Shown: positions 1 to 9,087 of the stretch, piece by piece
How positions within the stretch are numbered: position 1 is the stretch's first letter
Layout: every line of letters begins with the position of its first letter
Origin: Anaeromyxobacteraceae bacterium
GTDB lineage: Bacteria; Myxococcota; Myxococcia; Myxococcales; Anaeromyxobacteraceae
Reading direction: 5' to 3'
Length of the DNA: 64,000 nt
NCBI GenBank assembly: GCA_032654565.1
Contig: JAULAX010000018.1
Coordinates: 1-64,000, forward strand
Notes under the pieces: model-generated
Told to the model about the DNA's origin: nothing
The model's input: only the letters and a program-made list of their open reading frames with translations
Databases searched by the model: none
Program-made: the position numbers and the translations under genes

Positions 1-1389
1 CCAGACCGCGGCGCTGACCCGCAGGCAGTTGCGGAAGCCGTCGCCGGTGGTGAAGAGACTCCCGGGCGCCACGCCGATCCCCTGCCGCAAGGCCTCCTGG
101 TAGACCGCGAAGGCGTCGATCCCGGAGGGCAGCTCGATCCAGAGGACGAAGCCGCCCTCCGGGCGGGTCACCGTCGTGCCAGGAGGGAACCAGCGGCCGA
201 CGGCGGCGCGCGCCTCGGCGACCTGCCGGGCGTAGGCCTGTCGCATGGTGCGGAGGTGCCGGTCGTAGCCTCCGCTGGTGAGGAACTCGGTGATGGCCAG
301 CTGGGTGGGAGAAGCGGTGGCGATGTTGAAGAGGGCCTTGAACCCCTCGACCCGCTCCTGGAAGCGGCCGGCCTCGATCCAGCCGATCCGGTAGCCGGGG
401 GCCAGGGTCTTGGAGAAGGAGGCGCAGTGAAGCACCAAGCCCTTCTCGTCGAACGCCTTGGTGGAGAGGGGCCTGTGCGGGCCGAAGCCGAGGTCGCCGT
501 ACACGTCGTCCTCGATGAGGGGCACCTCGCGGCGGGCCAGCATCCGGACCAGCGCCTCCTTGCTGGCGTCGCTCATCACCGAGCCGAGCGGGTTGCTGAA
601 GTTGGAGATGACCAGGCAGGCGTTCACCCGGTGGTGGCGCAGGGCGTAGTCGAGGACCGGGAGGCTCAGCCCCTCGCGGGGGCTGGAGGGGATCTCCAGG
701 ACCTTCAGGCCCAGCCACTGGATGGAGTTGAGGAAGGTGTAGTAGACGGGTGACCCGACCGCGACCGTGTCGCCCGGCTTGCAGGTGGCCTGCAGGGCCA
801 GCGTGACCGCCTCCACGCACCCGGAGGTGATGACCACCTCGTCGGGCGCCAGCCGGCAGCCGGCGTCGAGCGAGCGCCTGGCGATCTGGGTGCGCAGGCG
901 CTTCAGGCCCCTGCGCCCGGAGTAGGTGATGCTCTCGACCGGGAAGCGCCGGGCCTCGCTGGCCAGCATGCGCGCCAGCCTAGCGGCCGGGAGCAGGTCG
1001 ACGTTGGGCGTGCCCCGGCCCAGCGGCAAGAGCTCGGGGTCGGCCAGCCGCCGCATCACCTCGAGCGGCTCCCGCCCCAGCGCGACCGGCGTCGCCGCCA
1101 GCCCCGCTCGCGCCGCGCGTGAGTCGGTCGCCGGTTCGGGCTCGGCCAGCCGCGAGGCGACGTAGTACCCCGACTGCGGGCGGGCCTCGACCACGCGCCG
1201 GTTCTCGAGCTGTGCGTAGGCCTCCATCACCGTGTTGATGCTGACCCGCCGCTGGCGCGCCAGCTCGCGGATCGAGGGGATGCGGTCGCCGGGGCGGTAG
1301 GTGCCACGCTCGATGAGCTGGCCGACCTCCGCCGCGACACGTTCGTAGAGGAGCGGCTCGAGGCTGGCGGCGCGGGCGGCGACCTTCAT
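1..1389 (-). CDS. MocR/GabR-family regulator (GntR HTH + PLP aminotransferase domain), 3' end runs off the window
   Basis: Minus-strand translation from ATG at 1389: MKVAARAASLEPLLYERVAAEVGQLIERGTYRPGDRIPSIRELARQRRVSINTVMEAY; later EDDVYGDL and SFSKTLAPGYRIGW motifs. Absent from the ORF track because there is no stop inside the window. Confidence 0.93.
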   Translation of the reverse strand, partial: MKVAARAASLEPLLYERVAAEVGQLIERGTYRPGDRIPSIRELARQRRVSINTVMEAYAQLENRRVVEARPQSGYYVASRLAEPEPATDSRAARAGLAATPVALGREPLEVMRRLADPELLPLGRGTPNVDLLPAARLARMLASEARRFPVESITYSGRRGLKRLRTQIARRSLDAGCRLAPDEVVITSGCVEAVTLALQATCKPGDTVAVGSPVYYTFLNSIQWLGLKVLEIPSSPREGLSLPVLDYALRHHRVNACLVISNFSNPLGSVMSDASKEALVRMLARREVPLIEDDVYGDLGFGPHRPLSTKAFDEKGLVLHCASFSKTLAPGYRIGWIEAGRFQERVEGFKALFNIATASPTQLAITEFLTSGGYDRHLRTMRQAYARQVAEARAAVGRWFPPGTTVTRPEGGFVLWIELPSGIDAFAVYQEALRQGIGVAPGSLFTTGDGFRNCLRVSAAVW

Positions 1390-1424
1390 CGAGCCGATGA
1401 TAGGCCGGGCCGCCCCCGTCCGGT

Positions 1425-1510
1425 ACAGGCACAGTTGGCAGGGCCGGAGAGGGGCACAGTGACCGGGCTGGCGAACTGTCTCCATGAGCCAGCTGAAGTG
1501 GTGTGTCTGT
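1425..1510. promoter_or_regulatory. Two oppositely oriented CTGT-N21-STGTRYCTGT boxes, candidate MocR operators
   Basis: ACAGGCACAG-N21-ACAG at 1425-1459 and CTGT-N21-GTGTGTCTGT at 1476-1510, between the divergent mocR-like and osmC-like genes. Confidence 0.65.
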
Positions 1511-1586
1511 ATCAGTCGAGCTGGAGGCGGCAGGCTGTCCCCCAAGGCGCCGCGATGGGCGCGACGCCGCTTCCAAGGAGACGGAC

Positions 1587-1991
1587 ATGTACAAGGCGAC
1601 GATCGAGAACTGGGGCGACTCGAGGTTCCTGGCGACCACGCGGCACGGGAGCTTCGCCATGGACACCAAGAAGACGGCGTCGAACCCGGTCGACACCTTC
1701 CTGGCCGGGCTGGCGGCGTGCCTGGGCCACTACGTGCGGGACTACCTGGACGAGAAGGCCATCGCGGCCCCGCGCTTCGGCATCTCGGCCGAGGCGACCG
1801 CCACCGCCGACCAGTCGAGGCTGGCCGAGGTCACGGTCCAGATTGATCTCGGCCCGGTCAGGCTGGCCGCAGCCCAGGAGCGGGAGCTGGTCGCGTACGT
1901 CAAGCGCTGCAAGCTCCACGGTACGGTACAGCAGGCCTGCCCGGTCAGCGTGGTGGTGCGCCGGCAGGAACAGGCCGTGGCGGCTGGCTGA
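1587..1991 (+). CDS. OsmC/Ohr-like family protein
   Basis: AAGGAG RBS, ATG 1587; NPVDTFLAGLAAC and a second Cys in RCKLHGT. Confidence 0.85.
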   Translation: MYKATIENWGDSRFLATTRHGSFAMDTKKTASNPVDTFLAGLAACLGHYVRDYLDEKAIAAPRFGISAEATATADQSRLAEVTVQIDLGPVRLAAAQERELVAYVKRCKLHGTVQQACPVSVVVRRQEQAVAAG

Positions 1992-1998
1992 GGCCGAG

Positions 1999-3207
1999 AT
2001 GCGCGCCAAGCCGCTGCTGGTCATGCTGTCCGGCGCCGCCGTCCTCTGCCTGACGGTGGGGATGAGCCGGAGCTACGGTCTCTTCCTCAAGCCCGTCACC
2101 GCCGATCTCGGCCTCACGCGCAACGTCTTCGCGCTGGCCATCGCGGTCCAGAACCTGCTCTGGGGCCTGGCCCAGCCGTTCGCCGGCATGATCTCGGATC
2201 GCTTCGGAGCGGGCCGGGTCCTGGCGGCCGGCGCCGCGCTCTACGGCGGTGGCCTGCTGCTGATGGCCGGGGCGACCGGCGGCCCGAGCCTGATGGCCAG
2301 CGCCGGGCTGCTGGTCGGGCTCGGCATCAGCGCCACCAGCTTCTCGGTGGTGCTGGGAGCGGTCGGCCGGCTGGTCGCCGAGGAGCGGCGGGCCCAGGCG
2401 CTGGCCGTGGTGAGCACCGGCGCCTCCTTCGGCCAGTTCATGTTCCTGCCCGTCGCCCAGTCCCTGATCGGCGCGGGCGGCTGGTCGAGCGCCCTGGTCA
2501 TCCTGGGCGTGGCCATGGCCGTCATCCTGCCGCTCTCCCTGGCGCTGAAGGGGCGGGCCGGCGGGATGGGCGGCCAGGGAGCCGGGTTTCCCTACCGGGC
2601 CATGGGCGAGGCCCTCGGCCACCAGGGCTACCTGCTGCTGGCCGCCGGATTCTTCTCCTGCGGGTTCTTCGTGGCCTTCATCGCCACCCACCTGCCCGCC
2701 TACCTGGTCGATGAGGGGTTCCCGGCGCAGACCGGCGGGACGGCGGTCACCACCATCATGTTCTTCAACGTCATCGGGACCTACCTGTGGGGAACCTGGG
2801 GCGGTCGCCACCGGAAGAAGCACCTGCTGGCTGGCCTCTACCTGCTGCGCGCCGTCTCCATGGTCCTCTTCCTGCTCCTCCCCAGGACCGAGGAATCCAT
2901 CCTGATCTTCGCCGCCGCTACCGGGCTGCTCTGGCTGGGGACGGTCCCGCTCACCAGCGGGCTGCTGGCGCAGATGCTGGGGGCCCGCTACCTGAGCACG
3001 CTGTTCGGCGGGGTCTTCCTGAGCCACCAGGTGGGCGCGTTCCTGGGGGTCTGGCTGGGCGGGTTCGTCTTCGACCAGACCCACTCCTACGGACCGGTCT
3101 GGACGCTCCTGGTCGCACTGAGCGTGGCGTCGACCCTCATCCACCTCAAGATCCTCGACGAGACCGAGCCGCCGCAGACGCCGGTCCTGGCGGCCGCGAC
3201 CGACTGA
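1999..3207 (+). CDS. MFS transporter
   Basis: About 12 hydrophobic segments; GMISDRFGAGRVL motif A; start at MRAKPLL. Confidence 0.92.
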   Translation: MRAKPLLVMLSGAAVLCLTVGMSRSYGLFLKPVTADLGLTRNVFALAIAVQNLLWGLAQPFAGMISDRFGAGRVLAAGAALYGGGLLLMAGATGGPSLMASAGLLVGLGISATSFSVVLGAVGRLVAEERRAQALAVVSTGASFGQFMFLPVAQSLIGAGGWSSALVILGVAMAVILPLSLALKGRAGGMGGQGAGFPYRAMGEALGHQGYLLLAAGFFSCGFFVAFIATHLPAYLVDEGFPAQTGGTAVTTIMFFNVIGTYLWGTWGGRHRKKHLLAGLYLLRAVSMVLFLLLPRTEESILIFAAATGLLWLGTVPLTSGLLAQMLGARYLSTLFGGVFLSHQVGAFLGVWLGGFVFDQTHSYGPVWTLLVALSVASTLIHLKILDETEPPQTPVLAAATD

Positions 3208-3311
3208 AGGGCCCTGGAGCCGCCGTGACGATCTCACCATCGACCAGGGAGCGAAGGCCCGCCGGGCTGGAGGCGCTGCCCTGCTTCAGCCTGATGGACT
3301 CCGACGTGTCC

Positions 3312-3401
3312 ATGCACGCCTTCTTCCACTACCTGGTGCTCATCGTCGCCGCCATCGCGCTGATCACCTGGCTGGACCGGCGGGTGAGCCGGAGGTCGTA
3401 G
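3312..3401 (+). CDS. Putative 29-aa single-TM small protein
   Basis: MHAFFHYLVLIVAAIALITWLDRRVSRRS; GC3-biased codons; stop 1 nt before the next start. Confidence 0.5.
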   Translation: MHAFFHYLVLIVAAIALITWLDRRVSRRS

Positions 3402-3402
3402 C

Positions 3403-5247
3403 GTGCGGCAAGCCCTCAAGCTGGCGCTCCCCTACCTCCTCGGGCTGGCCTTCTGCGGTGTCATGGTCTGGGACGGCTCACTCCTGCGAGCCTCCTGGCA
3501 GGACGTGAACGCCGGCGTAGCGACCCGGGTCGACCCGGTCTGCGGCATGAGCGTTGGGCCCGGCATCGAGGCCGCCCGGGAAGGGCACACCTCCTGGTTC
3601 TGCTCGGCCCACTGCCGGGACCGCTACCTGGCTGACCCGGCCAGGTACCGTGCCTCGCCGGCCGGCCTGGTCGTCGAGCCGCGCGCGAGGGAGCCGGCAG
3701 CGCCGGGGGAGGCGCCCGCCGCCATCCACACCATGCTGGGAATCCCCGACGTCCTCTACTACGCCAGCATCGCCCTGGTGCTGCTGCTCTCCTTCGGGAT
3801 CTTCGAGTGGACGGGGAGGGGCGGTGCGCCCCGGGTACGGGACGGGTCTGACCGGATCGACCTGCTCCTTTCACCAGGCCTGCGGCACCTGCTGGCCCAT
3901 CCGTGGACGCGCCCGCTGGCTCGAGCCCCGGTCCTGGCGCTCTTCCTCCTGATATTGGTCGCCGGGCTCTTCGGGAGCCAGGACCCACGCCACAACGCGG
4001 CGCCCGTGCTGACCTGGACCATCTGGTGGTGCGGCCTGGTGGTGCTCATCATGTATGCCGGCAAGGCTTGGTGCTACGTCTGCCCGTGGGACGCGCTGGC
4101 CGGCTGGGCCGAGCGCGCCCGCAGCGTGCTGGGGTGGGGCGAGCCGCCGGCGGGCCGGCGCTGGCCGCGAGCGCTGCGGACCGTCTGGCCTGCGACCCTG
4201 CTCTTCGTGCTGCTCACCTGGGTGGAGATCGGGTTCGGCGTCACCCAGCGCCCCATGGCCACGGCCCTGCTGGCGCTGCTGCTGGTGCTCCTGGCGGTGG
4301 TCAGCGCGCTCTTCTTCGACCGCCGGGCCTTCTGCCGCCACGCCTGCCTGATCGGGCGGATCAGCGGCCTCTACGCGCTCTTCTCGCCGGTGGAGGTCCG
4401 GGCGGCCGACGCCGGTGCCTGCCGGAGCTGCCCAACCTCCTCGTGCCAGCGGGGCAACCAGCGCGGGGCCCCCTGCCCGACCTCGCAGCACCTGGCCCGC
4501 CTGGACCAGAACACCTACTGCATCGCCTGCATGGAGTGCGTCAAGAGCTGCGAGCGGCAGAACGTCGCCCTCAACCTGCGGCCATGGGGGGAGGATCTGG
4601 TCCACCACCGCGCCCCCCGCTCCGACGAGGCCTACCTGGCCCTGGTGATGCTCTCCCTGACCGGCTTCCACGGCCTGACCATGACCGGGGCGTGGGGCCG
4701 GTGGATGGCCGGGATCTCCGCGGCGCTCGGCTCGGGGCCGACGCTCACCTTCACGCTGGGGATGCTGGGGCTGACGGTCGCGCCCATCGCGGCCTACGCG
4801 GCCCTGGTCCGGCTGTCGCGCTGGGCCGCCGGGTCCGGCCAGCCGGGGTATCGCGAGTACTTCGTGCGCTACGCCTACGCGCTGCTCCCCATCGCGCTCT
4901 TCTACCACCTGGCGCACAACAGCGAGCACCTGCTGCTGGAGGGCACCCGGGCGATCTCGCTGATCTCCGACCCGCTGGGGCGAGGCTGGGACCTCTTCGG
5001 GACGGCGCGCTGGACGGTGCCGCCGCTGCTGCGGCTCTCCACGGTCTGGGGCGTCCAGGTGGCGCTGGTGCTGGTGGGCCACCTCTACAGCCTCTGGGTG
5101 GCGCGCCACGTGGCGGCCGGCCTGTTCCCGGATCGGCGTTCCGCCCTGTGGAGCCAGCTGCCCATGCTGGCCGCCATGATCCTCTTCAGCGTGGCGAGCC
5201 TGTGGTTGCTGCGCCAGCCCATGGAGCTGCGGACCTCGGCGATGTAG
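3403..5247 (+). CDS. YHS/TRASH domain fused to a polytopic 4Fe-4S-binding membrane protein (NapH/MauN/CcoG-like)
   Basis: DPVCGM...FCSAHC; WCYVCP; FCRHAC; CRSC..SSC; CIACMECVKSC; many TM segments. Confidence 0.85.
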   Translation: MRQALKLALPYLLGLAFCGVMVWDGSLLRASWQDVNAGVATRVDPVCGMSVGPGIEAAREGHTSWFCSAHCRDRYLADPARYRASPAGLVVEPRAREPAAPGEAPAAIHTMLGIPDVLYYASIALVLLLSFGIFEWTGRGGAPRVRDGSDRIDLLLSPGLRHLLAHPWTRPLARAPVLALFLLILVAGLFGSQDPRHNAAPVLTWTIWWCGLVVLIMYAGKAWCYVCPWDALAGWAERARSVLGWGEPPAGRRWPRALRTVWPATLLFVLLTWVEIGFGVTQRPMATALLALLLVLLAVVSALFFDRRAFCRHACLIGRISGLYALFSPVEVRAADAGACRSCPTSSCQRGNQRGAPCPTSQHLARLDQNTYCIACMECVKSCERQNVALNLRPWGEDLVHHRAPRSDEAYLALVMLSLTGFHGLTMTGAWGRWMAGISAALGSGPTLTFTLGMLGLTVAPIAAYAALVRLSRWAAGSGQPGYREYFVRYAYALLPIALFYHLAHNSEHLLLEGTRAISLISDPLGRGWDLFGTARWTVPPLLRLSTVWGVQVALVLVGHLYSLWVARHVAAGLFPDRRSALWSQLPMLAAMILFSVASLWLLRQPMELRTSAM

Positions 5248-5259
5248 GCCAGGGACCCG

Positions 5260-5817
5260 GTGATGCCAGCGCCCAGACCGCACCCAGGCCGGTTCTTGCT
5301 CATCGCCACGCTGCTGGCGCTGGCGGCGCCGGCCGCCGCACACCACCCCGCAGGCGACGGTGACCGGGCGCTGGCGCTCACCATGGTGGATCGCCGTCTC
5401 GGCTTCCATCACCGGACCGAAGTGCTCGAGGTCTGGGGTCGCATCTCGCCACCGAGCGCGGCCGAAGGCGACGAGGTCCGGGTCGACTTCCAGGTCCGCT
5501 GGCGCGGGGTGCCCTACCTGGGACCGGCGCGGGTCGCCCTCACCGACCGGGCCGGGGCCCGCGTCGAGCTTCAGCTCGACCACCCGGCGGACGGGACCTA
5601 CCGGGTCGTCCTGCGGGCCGACCTTCCCGATGGCGACGCCATCCTGCTGGAGCTCCCCGGCGCGGGCGCGGGGGTGGTCTCGGTGCCCTACGAGGTGCGC
5701 GGCCGGCTGGCGGGGACTGCGTACCTGCTCCTGGGGGCGTTGCTGGCGGGAGCGGGGGGCCTGCTGGCGCTGTTGACCCGGGCGATGCGCGGCCGGGCTC
5801 GGCCGGCCCTCGGGTGA
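5260..5817 (+). CDS. Exported protein with C-terminal membrane anchor (possibly FixH/YtkA-like)
   Basis: Signal peptide ending AAA-HH, beta-rich body with DGTYRV, C-terminal TM helix. Confidence 0.6.
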   Translation: MMPAPRPHPGRFLLIATLLALAAPAAAHHPAGDGDRALALTMVDRRLGFHHRTEVLEVWGRISPPSAAEGDEVRVDFQVRWRGVPYLGPARVALTDRAGARVELQLDHPADGTYRVVLRADLPDGDAILLELPGAGAGVVSVPYEVRGRLAGTAYLLLGALLAGAGGLLALLTRAMRGRARPALG

Positions 5818-5820
5818 CGT

Positions 5821-5836
5821 ATTGACTTCTATGGAT
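5821..5836. promoter_or_regulatory. Candidate ArsR operator overlapping a TTGACT -35-like element
   Basis: ATTGAC-TTCT-ATGGAT imperfect palindrome; similar to the 6265-6280 site. Confidence 0.5.
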
Positions 5837-5860
5837 GCGTATGCCAGGGTCCCCTCCGTC

Positions 5861-6229
5861 ATGGCCGAGAGCAACGTCATCGCCCTGGATCCGCGCCCGC
5901 GTGGGACCCGGTGCCGCTGCGCCCCGAAGGCCCGGCTCCCCGACGCCCAGGCCGAGCGGGAGAGCACCGACCTCGGCCTCCTCGCCAACCCCATCCGGCT
6001 CCAGCTCCTCCACCTGCTCCTCGCCGAGCAGGAGCCGATCTGCGTCTGCGATCTGATGAGCGCGCTCCGGCTGAAGCAGCCGACCGTCTCCCACCACCTC
6101 AGGCTCCTCAAGGAGGCCGGGGTGGTCGACTCGGAGAGGCGCGGGGTCTGGTCGCACTGGTCCATCCGCCGGGAGGGGCTGGCGCAGCTGAAGCGCCGCC
6201 TGGCGGCGTCCGTGGCGGCGCTGGAGTAG
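5861..6229 (+). CDS. arsR: ArsR/SmtB family metalloregulator
   Basis: LANPIRLQLL, ICVCDL, QPTVSHHLRLLKEAG, ERRGVW; extra N-terminal CRC. Confidence 0.9.
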   Translation: MAESNVIALDPRPRGTRCRCAPKARLPDAQAERESTDLGLLANPIRLQLLHLLLAEQEPICVCDLMSALRLKQPTVSHHLRLLKEAGVVDSERRGVWSHWSIRREGLAQLKRRLAASVAALE

Positions 6230-6264
6230 GGCTCGCGCCGTCCCCCCTTTTTTTGATGTCATTC

Positions 6265-6280
6265 ATCCACTTTTCTCGAT
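6265..6280. promoter_or_regulatory. Second candidate ArsR operator
   Basis: ATCCAC-TTTT-CTCGAT in an AT-rich gap just before the AAGGAG RBS. Confidence 0.5.
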
Positions 6281-6297
6281 GCGAAAGGAGAGCCACC

Positions 6298-6492
6298 GTG
6301 ACCCCAGCCACTGCCTGCTGCGCCGCCTGCTGCCCCACCTCGCTCACCAACCTGCCCACCTTCACCGTCCGGACCGGCGCGGCCTGGCCCGAGGCGATCG
6401 CCTTCGGCTTGGTCGTGGCCGCCGTGCTCCTCACCGGGTTCTTCGTCCTGGTCCAGGTGGCTCGCGCCCTGGCGATCCTGAGGCCAGTGTGA
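6298..6492 (+). CDS. 64-aa Cys-rich (CCxxCC) membrane micro-protein
   Basis: AAGGAG RBS + GTG; MTPATACCAACCPTSLTNL...IAFGLVVAAVLLTGFFVLVQV (one TM). Confidence 0.7.
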   Translation: MTPATACCAACCPTSLTNLPTFTVRTGAAWPEAIAFGLVVAAVLLTGFFVLVQVARALAILRPV

Positions 6493-6767
6493 GCAGCGCC
6501 GCCGCGACCTCCCGCTCCATGGCCACCGGCGCCTCCTTCCCGATCCTGCCGGTGGCGTCGGCCCTGCCACCGCCCCGGCTCGGGCTGAGGTCCTTCCTGG
6601 TGGGCGCGGTCCCCTGGCTGGCCGCGCTCCGCGGGGTGGTCACCCGTCCTGCGCCCGCTCCGCTCGCTCGGGGGTCCTTGCGGGGAACTCCAGACGGCCT
6701 TGCAGGGCCGCGCGGGCGCTCCAGTCACGGCTAGGCGAAAGTCGCAGCCCAACCTGGAGCAAAGGCT

Positions 6768-7526
6768 ATGAGCACAGACGAGCGGGATGACGGGATGGGC
6801 CGGGACGCCACCGCGCTCAGCCGCCGACAGTTCGTCGGCGGCGTGGGGATCGCCGCGGCGGCCGTGGCCGGGGCGCTGGCCGGGAGCGTCGCCAGCCCCG
6901 GCGACCAGGTCCGGGTCGAGTCGCCACGCCGCCTGGCCATGGTGATCGACCTCGATCGCTGCATCGGCTGCCAGGCCTGCTCGGTGGCCTGCAAGGCCGA
7001 GCACGGGGTCCGGCTCGGCGGCTTCCGGTCGTGGGTGTCGGAGCAGGAGGTCGGCCAGTACCCCAGCGTCGGGCGCGCCTTCCTGCCCCGGCTCTGCAAC
7101 CACTGCGAGCGGCCTCCTTGCCTGGACGTCTGCCCCACCGGGGCCACACATCGGCGCGACGACGGCCTGGTGGCCATCGACAAGGCGCGCTGCATCGGCT
7201 GCCGGCACTGCATGGAGGCCTGCCCATACGGGGCCCGGTACTTCAACGCCACGGGGTCGCCCCAGGAGGTTGCCTTCCCGGCCTTGACGCACGGCACCGT
7301 CGACAAGTGCGACTTCTGCGCCCACCGCATCGACCAGGGCGTGGTGCCCGCCTGCGTCAACACCTGCCCCGCCGGGGCGCGCCTGTTCGGCGACCTGCTC
7401 GACGCCCGGGAGTCGGTGGCCCAGGTCATCGCCACGGGGAACGCCCGCACGCTCCTGCCCGGCCGCGAGACCAGGCCCGCCGTGCACTACCGCGGCGGAA
7501 GGCTGGACGCCTTCGAGCACGCCTGA
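6768..7526 (+). CDS. TAT-exported 4x[4Fe-4S] electron-transfer subunit (PsrB/TtrB/ArrB/NrfC-like)
   Basis: SRRQFV twin-arginine; CIGCQACSVAC, CNHCERPPC..VCP, CIGCRHCMEACP, KCDFC..PACVNTCP. Confidence 0.95.
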   Translation: MSTDERDDGMGRDATALSRRQFVGGVGIAAAAVAGALAGSVASPGDQVRVESPRRLAMVIDLDRCIGCQACSVACKAEHGVRLGGFRSWVSEQEVGQYPSVGRAFLPRLCNHCERPPCLDVCPTGATHRRDDGLVAIDKARCIGCRHCMEACPYGARYFNATGSPQEVAFPALTHGTVDKCDFCAHRIDQGVVPACVNTCPAGARLFGDLLDARESVAQVIATGNARTLLPGRETRPAVHYRGGRLDAFEHA

Positions 7527-7551
7527 GCAGCGCCAGGCCCGCACGCCCGCA

Positions 7552-9087
7552 ATGGAGACCAGCATGAATCACGTCGCCGCGACGCCGATGACCGTCGGAA
7601 GGAACGGCTGGCCGCTGTGGCCTGGCCTGCTGGCGGCCGGGGCGGCCGGCTGGTTGGGGGCGTGCGCCCTGGTCTGGTCGAGAGGCCACGCCGGGCTCGG
7701 CACCGACTCCTACGGCGCCACCTGGGGGATCACCGTCGTCAACATCCTCCACCTGATCGGCATCAGCCACGTCGGCATCGCCATCTCGGCCTCCGTCCGC
7801 GTGCTCGGGCTGGGAGCCTACAAGAGCGTGGCGCGGCTGGCGGAGCTGGTGACGGTGGTGGCGCTGGTGACCGCGGTGCTCGAGATCATGGTCGACGTCG
7901 GGCGGCCCGACCGCTTCCTGCTCACCACGGCGCTGCGCGGCCGCTGGCAGGCGCCCATGGTCTGGTCGATGACGGTGATCACCGCCTACCTCCTCACCAG
8001 CGCCGTCTACCTCTACCTCTCGCTGCGCCGCGACTTCTCGGTGCTGGCCTCCATGGACCTGGGCCGTCGCGGCCCCTACCGCGCACTGGCGCTCGGCTAT
8101 GAGGAGTCGCCGGCGAACAGCCGGCGCCACGAACGGACCCTCTACTGGCTGGCGGTCCTGCTGGTCCCCGTCATGGTGGCGGTCCACTCCGTCTACGGCC
8201 TGTTCTTCGGGCTCCTCCGGGCCCGGCCCGGCTGGTTCAACCCGCTGCAGGGACCCTTCTTCGTGCTGGGCGCCGTGGTCTCGGGCTTCTCGGCCGTCCT
8301 GGTCCTGGCCGCCCTCCTCCGCCGGGCCTACCGGTGGCGGCTGGTCCTGGAGGACCGGATGTTCAAGGTCTTCGCCGCGCTGCTGGCCTTCGTGGTCTTC
8401 CTCTACCTCTACTTCATCCTCTCCGAGCACCTGACGGCCCAGTACGCCGGGCCGGCCGCCGAACGGGCCGTGTCAACGGCGATGCTGGTGGGCCCCCACG
8501 CCTGGACCTTCTGGGTGACCGTGGGCGGAGGGCTGCTCGCGCCCTTCCTGGTCCTCTTCGCCCAGGCGACCCGTCCCGCCGTGAGCGTCCCCACGGTGGC
8601 GGTGGCGGCGCTGGCGGTGAACCTGGCCATGTGGTCGAAGCGCTACCTCCTGCTCATCCCGACGCAGCTCCTGTCGGCCTTGCCACCGCCCCGTGCCCAG
8701 GTCGGGTACGGCCCGACGGCCCTGGAGCTCTGGGTGACGTTCGGCTCGTACGCCTTCGCGGCGCTCCTGCTCCTCCTCCTGCTGCGCTGGGTTCCCCTGG
8801 TGGAGCTGGCCGAGGCAACCCCGGCCCATCGCGGCCGGCTCGATCAACCCGGGAGGCGCTCCGCCACGGCGCCGGGCCAGAACCGGCGGCTGACCGTGGT
8901 CCTCGGGCTGGTCCTGGTCGGCTCCTTCCTGATCGCCTGGGGCCTGGTTGTCCGGGAGCTCGACGGGGCACCCGTCAGGTGGCTGGCCGGGATCGCGGTC
9001 CTGGCCGCGATCCCGCTCGCCATCTGCCTCATCCCCGACGTCCCGGTCGCGCGCGACCTCACCAAGGGCGTGGAGGCATCGCCATGA
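7552..9087 (+). CDS. NrfD/PsrC-family quinol-interacting membrane anchor
   Basis: WGITVVN..IGISH, DVGRPDR, PMVW, VHSVYG..ARPGW motifs; two extra C-terminal TM helices. Confidence 0.92.
   Translation: METSMNHVAATPMTVGRNGWPLWPGLLAAGAAGWLGACALVWSRGHAGLGTDSYGATWGITVVNILHLIGISHVGIAISASVRVLGLGAYKSVARLAELVTVVALVTAVLEIMVDVGRPDRFLLTTALRGRWQAPMVWSMTVITAYLLTSAVYLYLSLRRDFSVLASMDLGRRGPYRALALGYEESPANSRRHERTLYWLAVLLVPVMVAVHSVYGLFFGLLRARPGWFNPLQGPFFVLGAVVSGFSAVLVLAALLRRAYRWRLVLEDRMFKVFAALLAFVVFLYLYFILSEHLTAQYAGPAAERAVSTAMLVGPHAWTFWVTVGGGLLAPFLVLFAQATRPAVSVPTVAVAALAVNLAMWSKRYLLLIPTQLLSALPPPRAQVGYGPTALELWVTFGSYAFAALLLLLLLRWVPLVELAEATPAHRGRLDQPGRRSATAPGQNRRLTVVLGLVLVGSFLIAWGLVVRELDGAPVRWLAGIAVLAAIPLAICLIPDVPVARDLTKGVEASP

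Noticed and set aside
6690..6705. Reading the recurrent CCTTGCA as a sigma54 -12 element
   Set aside because: The required GG dinucleotide 10 nt upstream of the GC is missing in the copies checked (6700, 29531, 36844, 55065).
6489..6734. Possible ORF (MSSAAATSRS...) between the CCxxCC peptide and the FeS gene
   Set aside because: Low-complexity translation with no motif; the distal half carries paired TTGC boxes and a -10-like site, so it is more likely promoter DNA.
8334..9083. 250-aa N-terminal extension of the molybdoenzyme ORF
   Set aside because: Overlaps NrfD in another frame; the real start is ATG 9084 with a GGAGG RBS and leader peptide.
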